Below, piece by piece: positions 1 through 14,552 of a stretch of 64,000 nt of DNA. Position numbers and translations under genes: made by a program. Below the pieces are notes generated by a model that worked only from the letters and a program-made list of their open reading frames with translations, was not told the origin of the DNA and searched no databases. The number at the start of each line of letters is the position of its first letter. Position 1 is the stretch's first letter. This DNA comes from Podarcis pityusensis (taxonomy: Eukaryota): NCBI GenBank assembly GCA_964106645.2, contig OZ067046.1, one strand, 5' to 3'.

Positions 1-1932
1 TTTAAGTCCACCCTTTCACATTTGATTATCCTTCTCTGACAGACTGGAACATAAATATTTAATTAATGCCATGTGACAGGTTGGCATCAAAATAATGAAA
101 AATCAGCAGGTTGCTATGGATACATTATAGAAGTGATTAATTAACCATTTGCAACTTCAAGGGAGTTTTTCAGGAAATAATGAACACCCAAGTGAAGTTG
201 TTGTATTCATCTGTTAATCCTACTGGGTTATTTACGTACCTCTCTTCAATACATATTTAATCGTAAAAATATATTTTGAAGAGGGTGATGGTTGAATATG
301 TGTATTTTTCAACAGAAAGCAACTCTGCTAAATTCAAGTTGTAACAAAAGATTGGAGAATGTTAAATGGAACAAAGCATGACAAGTACAATGCTGGATTT
401 AATGCAGGGCAGAGCGGTGTGTGTTTGGAAGAGAATTCTAGGCTTGCTATAGCCAAGCTATGATTCCTGGCTAAGGTCACCTGTGCTTCTTATTAATCCT
501 ATCCCATACTGAATATTACAATGGTGTCACCAGTAGTGGTACTGCTAGGGCAGAGGACAGGGAGGCAAACAGTAGGTGGAAGCAGAGTTTTGTCAGCATC
601 TTCCTCCTTGCTAAGTTCTACAAAGGTAAACCTAGACCAATGAGGAATCTGACAGCCAGGTCCGCCCTTGGACTGGTTGTGCATAAGGAAGCAGGCTAGC
701 TCAGACTGAGGTTGGTGGGGCAGTGTCCCATTTGCCCTCATGGAGAAGTTTCCATTGCCTGTCACATCCCACAGAGTAAAGTTGCCTTGGTTGTTCTTTT
801 GTGTTATGGCCCTTTTAAAAAAAACAAGCAAACCGAAGCTTTATTGGGTTTGCTTTAGAATACATGCAATGTGATGTTAACTGGAGATTATTCTACTCTT
901 CTTAAAAGAGTGGCCAGTTTGAACTGACTCTGAGCTGTTTTGTAATGTCTAATATTAATCTGCACATGCCAAACCAATTTATACAGATATGTGGATTAGA
1001 TGAGATCAAAGTCCTGCCCATCTGGAGGTTGCAATTTTGCTTATGGTTTTAGCTGTGTGTTACGTGCAATTTCTCTATCTGGTTTTCATATAAAAAGGTT
1101 TTTGCTCCCAGATTTCTCAAGGTATGAGCGATATAAGCTGCCAGCGAGTCTGCTTGAATTATCTGTTTGATATTAGGATGGTTTCAAAATGAGCAACTAA
1201 TTTCCATATAAAAATGGAACACATGTATGGGCTCTCCTAGGCTGCTACCTTCACCCGAGTGTGAATACCTGGTACAATGTATGGAGAAGGCTGAAGAAGA
1301 GATGCTGAGTCATGTACATTCATCTAGAACCTTAGAGCTGACTTAGAGCTCCTGGAACTAGAACTCATATTCTGTGCTTCAGTTTATGGGGCTTACCAGT
1401 GGCTTCTAGAATTTTCTATAGCATGATCCAGTGCAGTGTGCTAGTGCAGTGCACTACAGTGCACTTGTAGTATTTTAAGAGTGCTCCCAGCGAACCTTTA
1501 AGCTGTTTTTAGAATTCATGTACATTTAAAAGAGACAGCTTGGGGGATTGGCATGAAAGTTGCCTGTTGGGAAAGTTGCTGAAGAAATAGTCTGTCTTTA
1601 TTGGCAGCTCATGTGAGAATTTTAAAAGTGATATTGGAGTTCACTGCGGATAAGGGAATATTTAAAACAACCCATTTAATTTATGAATCACTCTTCACGA
1701 AACATCCCAGAGTGATGAATCATAAAAACATCATAAAGCATCAATAAAAAAAATGAAAACAATTTCAGATCCAGTACACATGCATATACATAATATCCAT
1801 TGAAAGGCTTAGTTGTGCCTCAGAAACTGCAGTGAAGCATGTGCTATTTAATTTGGAATAGTACATTATCAAGGGGTTTCTAGTTATCTCAGTTGCCTTC
1901 CTCATTGCCTATGTTTGTTGCTTTTCCCACAG

Positions 1933-2111
1933 GGAGAGAGGCACAGCGAAGCACACCCCATTTTCTGGACTGGGACTTATCCCTGTTTACTGGAGTGATG
2001 TACATTGCCATGGCGATGAAGAAAACATCTTACTTTGTGAAAAAAGTGTCTGGCAGGATGGAATGTGTCCTCAAAATATGGCAGCTGCTGTTGCATGTGG
2101 CTTTTCCCATG
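1933..2111 (+). CDS. PRSS12: Neurotrypsin exon (probably exon 3), C-terminal half of SRCR domain 1
   Basis: Acceptor cccacAG, donor GTaaaa. Translates ERGTAKHTPFSGLGLIPVYWSDVHCHGDEENILLCEKSVWQDGMCPQNMAAAVACGFSH, matching neurotrypsin SRCR1. This frame is not in the ORF track. Confidence 0.92.
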
Positions 2112-4665
2112 GTAAAATACAAGTACACATACATAATTTCGTTTTGCGTTATGTAAACAGCATAGTTATCTTCAGAGACAATTTAGTTTAAAATAGCCTT
2201 GTTGAGAACAGTTGGTGGTAAAGTAGTTAAGGGTGTGCTAAATAATGGCGTCATTATTCTCCTCCAAGTCGTATTTAATTGAGGCCTAAATACCTTTTGA
2301 ACTAGCTGGAATTATTCCACAATGGAGATTTTGAAGTCAGTATCACAGCATTAATGCAGAAGGTTTTGTATTCAGGGATTACGATGATAGTTTCAAGGAC
2401 TCCTTTCTCTGTTCTTTGGTCCTTGATGGTTTTCACTAGCCTTTTAAGGGACTCTTCAGAGGAAGGATGGACATGTTGATAACAACATTTCCTTCTGGGG
2501 TTTTCTGGCAAGGCCAGTGATGGGCAGGGCCAGAGTGGGCAGGACTGGACTCTACAGTGACTAGGTCCAGAGGCTAATGTTGGTGGCCCACTGCCTTCTC
2601 TTTCTCTCTGTCTCCCTTTTGGTTGTACCTTCCACCACTTTTCCTCCTCCTTTTACCACCCACATGAAATTGGTCTGAGAACCACATAAGATTGGGCTGA
2701 GGACTGTCTGTGTCCCTATGGCTGCAGTTTGACCACCTGTGGCCTATGTAATGATTGCCCACTATCTTCTTGTCTGAGTCCTTCTACCTAAAGGTGTGTT
2801 GTGGTGTTTCAGGGCACTTGCCTGCACTCTTGACTGTGTAATACAATGGGTAAATATTTGTGAGCTTCCTTAATACCTTTGAAGTTCTCTGAGCATCGCT
2901 AAAGCAAAGACAAAATTAAGCTGACCGGCACAATTCATTCTCTCTTGAGATCTAGACAAAAGCAGTTCAAAGCAGAACCCTTAAAGGTGCCCAAGAATCA
3001 AACCCCAAAGCCTGTAAAAAAAATAGGGGATTCCACATGGCACACAGCACTATTCATCAATGGAAGGTGGAACACTTATGAGGCTCACATTCCTGCTTGC
3101 AAGATGACATCATGTCTCCCTGAACAGCTGCCTGCACCTCCTTGGGAAGGCATGCCTCACCCTTTGAGAATGATGCCTCCAGAATACATTGTGTGCATAT
3201 ATACGCTTGTCTAGGCCAAAAATACTTGCTGGTGTTGCAATTTGTCACCTTCTGAAAAAGTGCATTCTGTACTTTTTTCTCTTTCCAAATGAAGCATCAT
3301 GATTGATGATATTCAAACCATTCTGTTCCTCAGCGAGTTTGTCCAGCTAGAGGAGTGTACAGTACTGACATCCTTAATTATGTTACTGTATAGGAACTGC
3401 ACAGATATGCAGAATTTTTTTAGGGCTGCTTTATTCTTTATCAGACCATCATACAAAGAGCCTCTGTGGCATCTTTTTCCAGCCTCCAGTATATTTATAT
3501 ACAGGAACAAAAATGTAATGCAGAAAATGATTGTTTCCTAAGGTACTGTATAGGGAAAAGAGAGCTCGCTGAGTACAGTGAATTGAAAAAGTCATGTGAG
3601 CAGGGCTAGTCTGGGCTATGCTTAGAATTCTGCAGGTTAGTTCTTGCAACTACTTTACCTATGAGCAATCCTAACATTTCCTTAGCTACAAGCAGGCCTT
3701 GTAATCCCATGGAGAAACAAGTTACAAAATGGGCTGTATGCATATATAGCCAGCAACTATTTCCACAGGTCAGGAGCTCTTTTTCTAGTTACTGTCACCA
3801 TGTGGATTGCTTCAGCTGTATAAATGCACCTTTTGGTGTACATGGACATTGCTCTGTGTGAGTGTGTGCCAAATCATAGATTGTGGCTGCCTGCATGGCT
3901 CTGAACACAGCAGTGTTGCAAACCGAAGTAACAACTCTCTCGAGTAAGACACAGTTGTATGCAATCTTGTCATTTGGCTTGTGCAATAGAACTTCCCCTT
4001 TCCTATAGCCCCCAATATACTCTCAGAATCTGCTCTTGAGGGCTGGAGGACTCTCCCATTAAGTTCTTGGGAATGCACAGACAGAAGAGAGGAAGGGGAA
4101 GGCCTGCTGTGCAACCAGAACCTGGCTTTTGCAGCACTGGATAAAACTATGTTTTTAAATGAAACCCCAAATTTTAATCATCAAATAATGCAGAAGACTG
4201 AGGATAATACACATGATCCAAAGTAACAGAATGTACATATGGAAGACCCTGGTTAATTTGTTGCAAACAGAGAAGGAAGCACAAGGGCTTCATGCTTTCA
4301 ATACTTCCAAATTTCCATTTTGACCATCACAGAGAAGGTGTGATTCAGTGATAACCATTGTTGAGAATGCTTTGCAGAGGCAACTGGCCAGTCCCTGTTT
4401 GAAACTTAAGTTCCTTTATTGTTATTCAGTTATAAGAAAGGATCACTACTGATGGGGTTTCCTTCACATCTGTCGAGTTTAGGAGGTGTGGAATTCTTAG
4501 TTTCTGTTTCTGCAGTTGAAATTTCTGCTTTAGAGCTGCAGGAATTATTAACACTCCAGGCATGCTGTTGCGTTACGCTGTTAGTGATCTGAAATGAGCC
4601 ACAATATTACTAGGTTGTGTCTGTTCAAATTACAAAGCCTTTGCTGTCCATTTGGTAGCAGCTGA

Positions 4666-4926
<261 letters not shown>

Positions 4927-6450
4927 TGAGATGCAAAAGCAAAGTCAAATGCCTGCACCATGGTTTGAAATGGATCTGATACTTAGGACGGCTGAACAAG
5001 CAGCACCACTTGAGCCAAAATAGAGTCTCTTGACCACCTCAGGGTGTAACTAAACGTTGCTGATAATGTGTAGACTCTAAGCTATCTCATGTTTTGTTCT
5101 CCTTCTCTTCCATGCAACTTGTAGGGATAGTCCGTGTGTGGTGTGGTGCCACAGATGTCACTTGCAGGATCATCCTTGCCATCATTAAGTGCAGTAGCCC
5201 AGTGTGGCTTATTTGCATGACAATTCTCAGATTTGTTCCGCCATGAATTTCATGTTGACTGTAGGTTGTATATTGGAAGTAATCAGGGGAATTCACACAT
5301 GAGGATAGATTTGAACTCATGCCTGAGAGCTGCACAGGGAGCAGCCCCCTTGTGCTCAATAGAGCTTCTGAGGCCATTTTCTAAACACTGCCCTCCACTT
5401 CTGATGTTCAGCATGTTGCTCCTGATATTGGGAATCTTTGGTTTCCAGTATGGAGTGAGGACTGCATCTGTGTTGACGAAAAGAGAGACAAAGGTTCATG
5501 CACTTGCAGCATCACTCTTTTGAGCCCAGCCCAAATATACAGTTAGTGTGCCACAGTTTGTTGGTAATTTGTAATTTCAAACACATGCCACATGCTAAAG
5601 TAGAATCACATTTACCTTACTTTGAGGTTGACTAGCTTGCCTCTGTCCCATGAGTTTAGTAAATTATAGTTGCCATTAAATATTCCCTATCCACATGCTT
5701 TTATGGGAGCCTAAGGACTAGTGAGCTCAAGAAGAAAAAGCAAGATGCCTTAGCAGGTAGGCTCATCATTCCTAGACTGAAATTTACCATGAGAGGAAAT
5801 ATATACTGGCTGGGGATGGATGGGCTAGGAAGAAACGCCAAGCTGTGTATATATGTATATCGTCTCAGTTAATCCAGCTGGAAATGTTCTGCAAATTATA
5901 AAATAAAGCCTCTTGGCAATGACCTTCCTATCCTCTCACAGCTTTCACTTGGCATAACTGTGCAATAAAACCCACCAGGATTAGTTTGCCAGTGACAAGA
6001 AGAGAACACTGCTCATCTAATTAAATACTTTCTGTATGCTAACCCCTCCCCATTATAGCATATGGATTTCCAGCCTGTGAGGCACTGCATAAGTATATTT
6101 TCAGCAGAGCATGTAGAATATCCAGAGTTAGTCATACTCAGAATGCACCTATTGTAACGAGTGGAGATTAAGTCCTTTTTGTATCATTGGGTCTCCTCCG
6201 ACTTAGTTGGACATCATCACACATCTTTGATATATTTTTTCTTCATTCCACTGATATAATGATTATTTAAATGAAATGTTTTTGAAATGTTGGTGTTACA
6301 TTGTGGTTTTGATCTGCATTGTTTTACCGTTTTGATTCTTTTTAAGAAATGTAAGCTGCTTTGGGCACACATTTTAATGTGCATGGAAAAGTGAGATATA
6401 AATTACAAATGAAAAGGGATGCAGTGCAATGTAAGTCCCCAGGACACGAC

Positions 6451-6454
<4 letters not shown>

Positions 6455-6496
<42 letters not shown>
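6455..6496 (+). repeat. (CAA)14 microsatellite
   Basis: Perfect trinucleotide run preceded by GGACACGACTAAA. Confidence 0.95.
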
Positions 6497-7775
6497 ACCA
6501 CTGGCATTAGTGGTGGCTTTCTTCCTACTGCAAATAGGAGTTTGGGGGGAGCAATTTTCAGCAAGACCACAGCAGGGGAGGAAAAGTTCCCCTTTCTGTT
6601 TGCTGCAGTATCACCCCCGGTAGCTGCCAGCTGCATTTTTTAAAATAAAAAAATGCATATTTAGTATGTCTTAATGTCTAGTTTGGCCTTTTGTTTCATA
6701 TTTTCTGGCAGGTGGCAAAAGGATGATATGTTTTACTCAGTGATTCATAAACTCTGCAGGTGTGACATTGAGGGTTGTTTCCTTGATGACCAAAAGAGGC
6801 AACCCCCCCCCCCCAAAAAAAAACCCCTGTTGAGGAAACAGTCTGATGTATTTGCTTTAAATTGTAAGAAACAAGAGCCTTTCTTCCAAAACCAGAATCT
6901 ATTGTCCTTATATTAATTTCTCTTTGTAAATCACTGTGAGACATTTTAAGTTTTTATTATTGATGTGTTGTTACAACAGGAAGCACATTCTTTCTTGCTG
7001 AATTATCTAATTTATCTCTGTTTTGCTGATCCTGTTCCCTTAATCTAGCACCAGCCCTTGTGTCTGCCAGGTCCTCTGAGTTTACGATACTCACTTTTGA
7101 TAATCTCAACCTGCTTTAGGCTGTGGGCGAAGGAGACGGCCAGATGTCTTATAAACAGATTGAAAAACCGCAGGATATTTTTATGAGTCATGAAGGACAT
7201 TAAGATAGAAGTTTTTGGGAAAGTAATCTAAAAAGAAACCATGGTGTGCAAAGCACTGTTATGTTTAAGGCTGGATTTTTCAACTATAGATGTCGTAAAT
7301 GAGTGTCTGGTGTTTTATATGCAGAATGAACTTTGCTTTGTACTCTCCCTGTTTTCTTTACACATGACCATGTTCTTCCTGCTTTTTTTAGGGTATATCT
7401 CCTTTATTGTCTATTAGCTGTTTGTTTCATTTGGGGGGGGGGGAATGCGAAAATAGTCTTATTTTTGTCTTCTCCATACAATTGACTAAACTAAAGAAGA
7501 ACATGGGGTGGAATATTTATTTTGGTTCTGTTATGACAGAACTGCTCTAATTTCCTGATAAAAATGTACACATTTAATTGGCAATGCAAAATCTATCAAA
7601 GGGTTCTTTAGGAAATAAGCATCTTAAGTAGCCACTCTGTTCACCTACTTGGATCAATATTGCTTTGGATTGTAGTATGTGTACCAAAGCAATACAAACC
7701 ATTTCAGCAGCTAATTTAGAGGCACTTTCTGACCATTTGCCATCATTGATTCTCTGTTTGTTCATGTTTGTGCAG

Positions 7776-7954
7776 GGGGGTTGCCAAGGCATGGAGCCAG
7801 GCTTATTTTGGAGAAGGCTCAGGTCCTGTGCTGTTGGATGAAGTGCGTTGTACAGGAAATGAGCTGTCTATAGAACAGTGTCTAAAGAGTTCCTGGCAAG
7901 AACACAACTGTGGCCACAAAGAAGATGCAGGAGTTTCCTGCACACCTCTAGCAG
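7776..7954 (+). CDS. PRSS12: Neurotrypsin exon, SRCR2 C-half
   Basis: tgcAG acceptor, GTaggc donor; GVAKAWSQAYFGEGSGPVLLDEVRCTGNELSIEQC...HNCGHKEDAGVSC. Confidence 0.95.
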
Positions 7955-8280
7955 GTAGGCAGCAAAGGCTGCTGAAGTCTTAGAAGTCTATAGATTTTAA
8001 ATCAAGATGGAATGAAGCCATGGGACGTGGGGCCAAGTCAGGGTGACATTTCAATGTATATAGTACAATCATTTTGGGATTAAATTATGAAGTTGGATAA
8101 AAGCAACAATGGGAAATGTGCCAGTATTAGGGCTCTCTCCCCTTTTACTTTTTCATAAAACCTTGCAAATTACTAGTGTCTAGCTGTTTAATGAATCTGT
8201 TTCAGCACATTTTATAGCACAGATTCTTTCCCTCGAAGTTGCCTCTTAAACACTACTGGCTCTTATTTTTAATGCTACAG

Positions 8281-8422
8281 ATGGTGCCATCAGACTGGCA
8301 GGTGGGAAAGTCAGTCATGAGGGACGACTGGAGGTGCTTTACAACGGACAGTGGGGCACCATCTGCGATGATGGGTGGACTGAACTGAACACACATGTGG
8401 TTTGCCGCCAGCTGGGCTTTAA
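8281..8422 (+). CDS. PRSS12: Neurotrypsin exon, SRCR3 N-half
   Basis: ctacAG acceptor, GTaagg donor; [46 protein letters not shown]. Too short for the ORF track. Confidence 0.95.
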
Positions 8423-9381
8423 GTAAGGTCCATTTATGTGAGGAGGTTAATTACTTTGCAGATCACTGCTGATAATTTTCTCCAAAATGCTATTGTTCAG
8501 AATTTCACAGGTGCCCAGTTAACTTCACTGTTATGTCCTAATCAGGAGTACATTTATCAGCAGTAAAACATTATTGAAAAAATTCAACTAGGATTTAAAG
8601 AAAAATGGTTAGATTAAGAATCTTAATTATCTTATTTTTGTCAAAAAAAATAAACCCATTTCTTAGTTGTCTTTGGTTTGGGAAGGGGGTGCACTTTATC
8701 AATTGAATCAGTTTGCTACCAGTCTCTAGTTCAGCAATCCATGTCTGAAAACAGTCCTACTGGAACAAATGTTTAAATTGCCAACAGAGCAGGCAGGTGC
8801 CAATTTTTAAAATGGGAATTGAGATAATCTGGGCTGGTGCAGACATAGCACTGAGCAGTGCTGTGGTATTGTACACTCCTTCCAACAAATCTAACTTTTG
8901 TAGTGTGTGTATTTCAAAGTTTTATTTGCTGTATTAAGAAGGAACTCAGGAACGTTGTTGTTGACTTAAATCTGATTAGTCCTGGGAGGGAGGAAGAATT
9001 CACACCCCAGAAGGAAAGAACATGGAAAGTGTATGTACAAGGCAAAGTGGTCAGCAGGATTATATCTATAGCAGCCTTTAGTGTCAGAGGATGGAATAGA
9101 ATTCTGCATATTGTGTCAAATGAGTGGTTAAATGCTCTGCTGAATCAGGGTCTTTAAAAAGTAAAACATCCATGGATTTCTAGCAACAAGATTTATTTAA
9201 AGGTGGTGGACACTGGACAATGTTACTCAAAATAAAATGGATGCTAATTGAAGTTGAACTTAATTGTGCTGTGTGCACTGGAACTGTTATTACATGAAAT
9301 ATTATTGTTTGTTTTTTATGTTGTTCATATGTTCAATACCTCACTCACATTACAAGTGCCAATCTATTTATGTGCAAACAG

Positions 9382-9578
9382 GAATGGGAAAAGTGTCTCA
9401 GAACACTACCCAGAAGAGAACATTGGACCCATCTGGCTGGATGACGTCAGCTGCTCAGGAAAGGAGTCTGCAATCCTCCAGTGTTCAAAGAGGGAATGGG
9501 GAAAGCATGATTGCAGCCACAAAGAGGATGTTGGGATAAGTTGCTATAGAGATAACGACAGCCACAGAGCCTCACTGG
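9382..9578 (+). CDS. PRSS12: Neurotrypsin exon, SRCR3 C-half
   Basis: aacAG acceptor, GTaagc donor; [40 protein letters not shown]. Confidence 0.94.
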
Positions 9579-10969
9579 GTAAGCTCCTCTCTGTAGATGC
9601 AAGCTTGGATACAGAGAACCAAGGGACCCCAAAGGTGCTTTAGTTTTGTGGTTCTTGAGCACCAGTCCATCATGCCACATAGCAAACCTTTTTGGGAAAC
9701 TGAGGCTGCTTCTGATATGGCACAGGGATGTGCTGTTTACAGGCAAAAAGTCTGAACTTTTGCTGGGCATATGGAAGCCAGTGAGTAGCCCTTTGAATCT
9801 TGGCCACATTCTAGCTAGAAGAAGATACAAAGCAGCTTTCAAGATTGGAAACAGAGAATAGTTATACTGAGTATCCATTTAAAAAAGTTAAATCTGTTAA
9901 ATTTAGAAAGGCAAGGAAGGAGAGAGCTGCAAGAGCAATACAGAGCAATGTCTACCTAGTACAGGACCAGGCTATTTGTCATGTAAATGGAGGACATTTT
10001 TAATCTGGTTACCATAGGCTTGTTCTGAAGCAGCTGAGTACTGGAGTAGCTGAGTTTTTAATTTCACAGAGAACTAGAGTATTTTTCTAGTGAAGCACAT
10101 GCACAGCCCTTGGTATGGTTGTAATGGTGAACTCCACATACTCAAGTGTGACATATAAATAGGCATGTGAATAAATCCTCCCCATAGGTATGAGTTTTCG
10201 GACAACTTGCAGATTGAAAAATTGTAACGTGAGAAGTGTCTGGGAAGGAGCTATAGTTATTCCAAAGAACAAGGAGCTGAGATCTTTTTTCTGCCAAGGG
10301 TCAGTCTTCTACGCAATGCATGCTATTGATGGACAGGGCCAGATCCATGGAGTTTGCAGAATTGCATAGCTCTTGTGCACTCTCTCTGCCAGCCCATTCA
10401 CCACTCTCTTTGCCACCCCTGCAATAGAGAGCAGAGCAAATGATTGGCAAGCAGAAGGTCCTAGGTTGAAACCTTGGCATTTCCAGTTAAAGCATAATGG
10501 ATAGCCTGACTAGGAAAGACCCCATACCTGAGGCCTTGGATGCTGTCTATCACAAGAGACAGTACTGGGCAAATATGGACCAATGAAGAGAACTTCATAT
10601 GTATAATATAGCTCAACAGCCAGCTATAGGTGTTTAAAGAACCTTGACTACCCAACCCGCAAGAATGGAAATGATTGATCTCATTTATCACCCCAGTTTA
10701 TGAGGAGGGAAAATATAGGTTTCACCCTATGTTGGGAAATGGTAAACAGAGTCAAAGAACAGCATTTCAATGAGAAGTAAACATAGTAATGAAGATTAGA
10801 CAGCTTATAAGGAATTTATTTAAGAATTGCATCATGTCTTTCAACTTAACAAAGAGCTCTATTAAGTATATCTTGGTACCATACCAACTTTATAACTTGA
10901 GGCATACTGTTAAACAAATTATAGTGTTTACAGCATTATTGAACTAGAGTTTCTTTTCATCTTGCATGC

Positions 10970-11029
10970 TTTGCTAAATGAATTTCCAGTCATATTATTT
11001 TTGCTAAATGAATTTCCAGTCATATTATT
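10970..11029. repeat. 30-bp tandem duplication
   Basis: tttgctaaatgaatttccagtcatattatt x2. Confidence 0.92.
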
Positions 11030-12203
11030 ACTCTTTCCCTCATCTCTTTTCATTGCTGTTCTTTTACACTTCTTAATATTCCAGAGCTTTTATTACACCA
11101 GCAGTATAATGTAAATAGTATTTCTGCGTGGGTGAGACAATGAGAATGGGAACACTTAAACCCCGAATAGCTGGGGTTCATATCATAGTGGCCATTCACG
11201 TAGACACTAAGTGAACATCTGTGCTGCTCTGTTCATGAAACTATGGAACTTAACCTGAGCTGGAAAGGGCCCAATATGGTTAAATACTGCCAGATGGTAA
11301 AATTCCCTTTGGGTACCTGAAAATTGTATTAATTTAACAGTTGTGAATGAAACTTCCAAGTAGTAACAAGCTGGTTGAGAATAAAATCTGCTCCATTTTA
11401 CAGCTAATATCCTGTGTTGCTGCCCAGGTAATATGAGTAAAGTCTGAACTGAAATTATGTTCTTGTAGAGTAAGCATTTCTGGATGATGACAAAAATGAG
11501 GTGAAAATTTTGACATTTTGGATGTAGTCACTGATGTTGCATAGTAAATTTGAAAGAGGTTAGGCGAGGCTCCTACAGAAGAACCACTGATATAAACAAA
11601 TGTTACAGTAATTAGATTATTAACTATTTTCATATCTATTGTAATATATTTGGAGGGAATGAATCTCATTAACAGTTTCTGAAGTTTAAGAAAGACTTAA
11701 AAAATTGTAGAGTTGGAAAAATCCGACAATGCAGCTAGATAAAAATAAGCATCAAGACTTGATTTTTGCAAATATTCTTAAGAACCTAAGAATTGCTTTG
11801 CTGGATCAGACAGAGGGCAAAACATAAATGCCTGGCATGCAAGCTGCATCTGGATCCCCCCCCCCCCCCGTAATTAGTTATGGCACAGGAACACAATTGC
11901 CAGCAGGAGGTTTCCCTTCCTTCTCAGCAACATTGGAATGAAAATCTACCCCCACACCCCAGTGCAGCTTTGATGCTTGAAAAGCCTTCCATTGACATCA
12001 ACAGCCGCATGGTAGGATGGCTGTTTTCTTCCTGATTGCAGCCAGGGAGGGAAGGAATAAACCTTCTGCCTCCACATGCTGGTCACAATTGGGCCTCCCC
12101 CAGGGTTGGCCCTCCAATGAGGCCTGGTGAGGCTGCTGCCTCAGATGGCAGGATCCCATGGACATTAGATCTTGATGTAGAGTTTTGTTCACGCCTAGCC
12201 TAC

Positions 12204-12464
12204 CATAGAATCATAGAGTTGGAAGGGCCATCGAGTCCAACCCCCTGCCAAGCAGGAAACACCATCAGAGCACTCCTGACATATGGTTGTCAAGCCTCTG
12301 CTTAAAGACCTCCAAAGAAGGAGACTCCACCACACTCCTTGGCAGCAAATTCCACTGTCGAACAGCTCTTACTGTCAGGAAGTTCTTCCTAATGTTTAGG
12401 TGGAATCTTCTTTCTTGTAGTTTGGATCCATTGCTCCATGTCCGCTTCTCTGGAGCAGCAGAAA
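12204..12464 (-). mobile_element. CR1 3' fragment, same subfamily as 61358-62472
   Basis: Nearly identical to ~62194-62462 in reverse; tail CATAGAATCATAGAG. Confidence 0.92.
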
Positions 12465-14360
12465 TACCCATGAGGCCAGGTGATGCATCTGCCTCAGGTG
12501 GCAGGGTCCACTGGGGCAGCTGAGCCCAAGGTCAATATTTCTTCCCCTTTTGTTCCTCATGTAGATCTTCCCTTGCCCCTTCGTCATGGGTGTGGGAAAT
12601 GACATTTTTGGGTCTGCCACAGGTGCCCAAATGTCTTGGACCAGCCCTGGCTACTTGTAATTGGTTAAACCAGAAAACCCAGATAGGTAGCTTGCAAGCT
12701 ATACTTTTAGCATAATGTGCATTTTGGCCCTAGGAGAGGACCCATCTAGTTCAACAATCCATTTCCAAACAAAGTGCCAGCAAGCCCGGCCTTTCATCCG
12801 TGGGATTTATCACGTGTAGACGACGTGCAGGGTTGCTTCCAAATGAGTCATTTTAATGTGCCAAGGAAGTGCTATTAATGGATCCTTTCTTGTGTTGAAG
12901 CTGTTGTGTGACTTTTTCACCCTGTAGTCACTTTAGAACTTCAACCACGATCACTGCACTGTGGCCAAGTGTAGTTAGAGCTGTGAGCTGGGTGTGCAAT
13001 GATGCAGAATGAGTTCCAGTCAGTCTGGATATACTCAGCCTGCATATGTTAAAATATATATAATAAATTCAAAGGCAAGGATAATGTGACATTTGCTATG
13101 TTTGATTTCAATATGTGAGCAATTGTTAGTTTCATCTGTTCTTTCATCTGTTAATGCTCTGTTGTGCATTAGGAAAATGTAATTTGAGCTGTTGTGCAAC
13201 AATAATACATTATTAATAGCAGAAGACCTTTCTATGACACTGGCTGCTAAACTCTTGAGGAAACGTAAGGTTAGAAGAAAATGTATTGATTGCATTTATG
13301 AGTTCATCGAGTAATGATGATCAGCCTTTGGCTGTAAAGGCCTTTGGGAATTGGCAGTCTGCCATACCGTTCTTCAGAGAAGATTAAAGTGTAACTGAGC
13401 CAGTCAAGGTTTTCAATTCCCTCTCACCCAAGAAATGTTTGGTAGTGCTACAGAAAAGCTTCAAACAGGGGAGTGTCCTAGATATGTGCCAGGAAACAAA
13501 CTACAAAACAAAGCAACTATACCCGATCACAGAACTGAAAGGGGTTTGATTAGAGCAATTATAATGTGCATCTTCAACTAGGCTCTGCCATATACACCAG
13601 CCTTCCCCAACCAGATGACCAGCCAATATTTTGGACACAACTCCCATCCCATATGCTGGCACTGGGTTGGGGGAGGGTGATTTAGACTGTGCATAGCTGA
13701 CTGTATGTTTGAGTAGCCACCCCCATTAAAAACAGCAGCTCATATAGCATGTTAAAAAGCCCTAGAATTCCAAGCAGGAGGTTGTAGCATAAACTTCTGG
13801 CTGACATTCTTTCTTTGTCCATGAAAGAGAGGAATCAAGCTGTGATCCACACCTGCCACCTGAAATGCACAGTCTAGCAACATATTATTATGAATTTGGG
13901 GGTGCAAGACAGCATAAAGTCCGGATCAAGCTAGTATCAGGATTTAATTACATTCTCCACTGATACAGGATTCTTTAAACTGGACACCTGTAATCACTGT
14001 ACTTTTGCTTGCATCCGTGTCAAAATATGGTGCAGGAATATTTTTGCAAGAAAGTTAGCTTCCTGTGTTATATTTCTAAATCCTTCACAGACTCTTTAGT
14101 AACATTTTCTCCCATTCAGCCTGGGACCTCTAAATTTGGAAAAGTGGAATAGATTTGGGAATCAGCAGACTGAGAATATGTTCTTGTGGATACCAGAGAG
14201 GAAATTCATTTCACATTAGATTTGCTGAACAAGTTGGCATTGATGTCATACAAGTTACAAGACTAAAATGCTTTCATCACTGGTGTACAAACTTGGAATG
14301 CTTGAACTTGAGCCCCAGTTGACAACTTTCCTTCAATGTGATGAAAATTAGCTAGGGTAA

Positions 14361-14552
<192 letters not shown>

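Noticed and set aside
6403-6643. Poly-Q and poly-C ORFs
   Set aside because: Translations of the (CAA)14 microsatellite inside an intron
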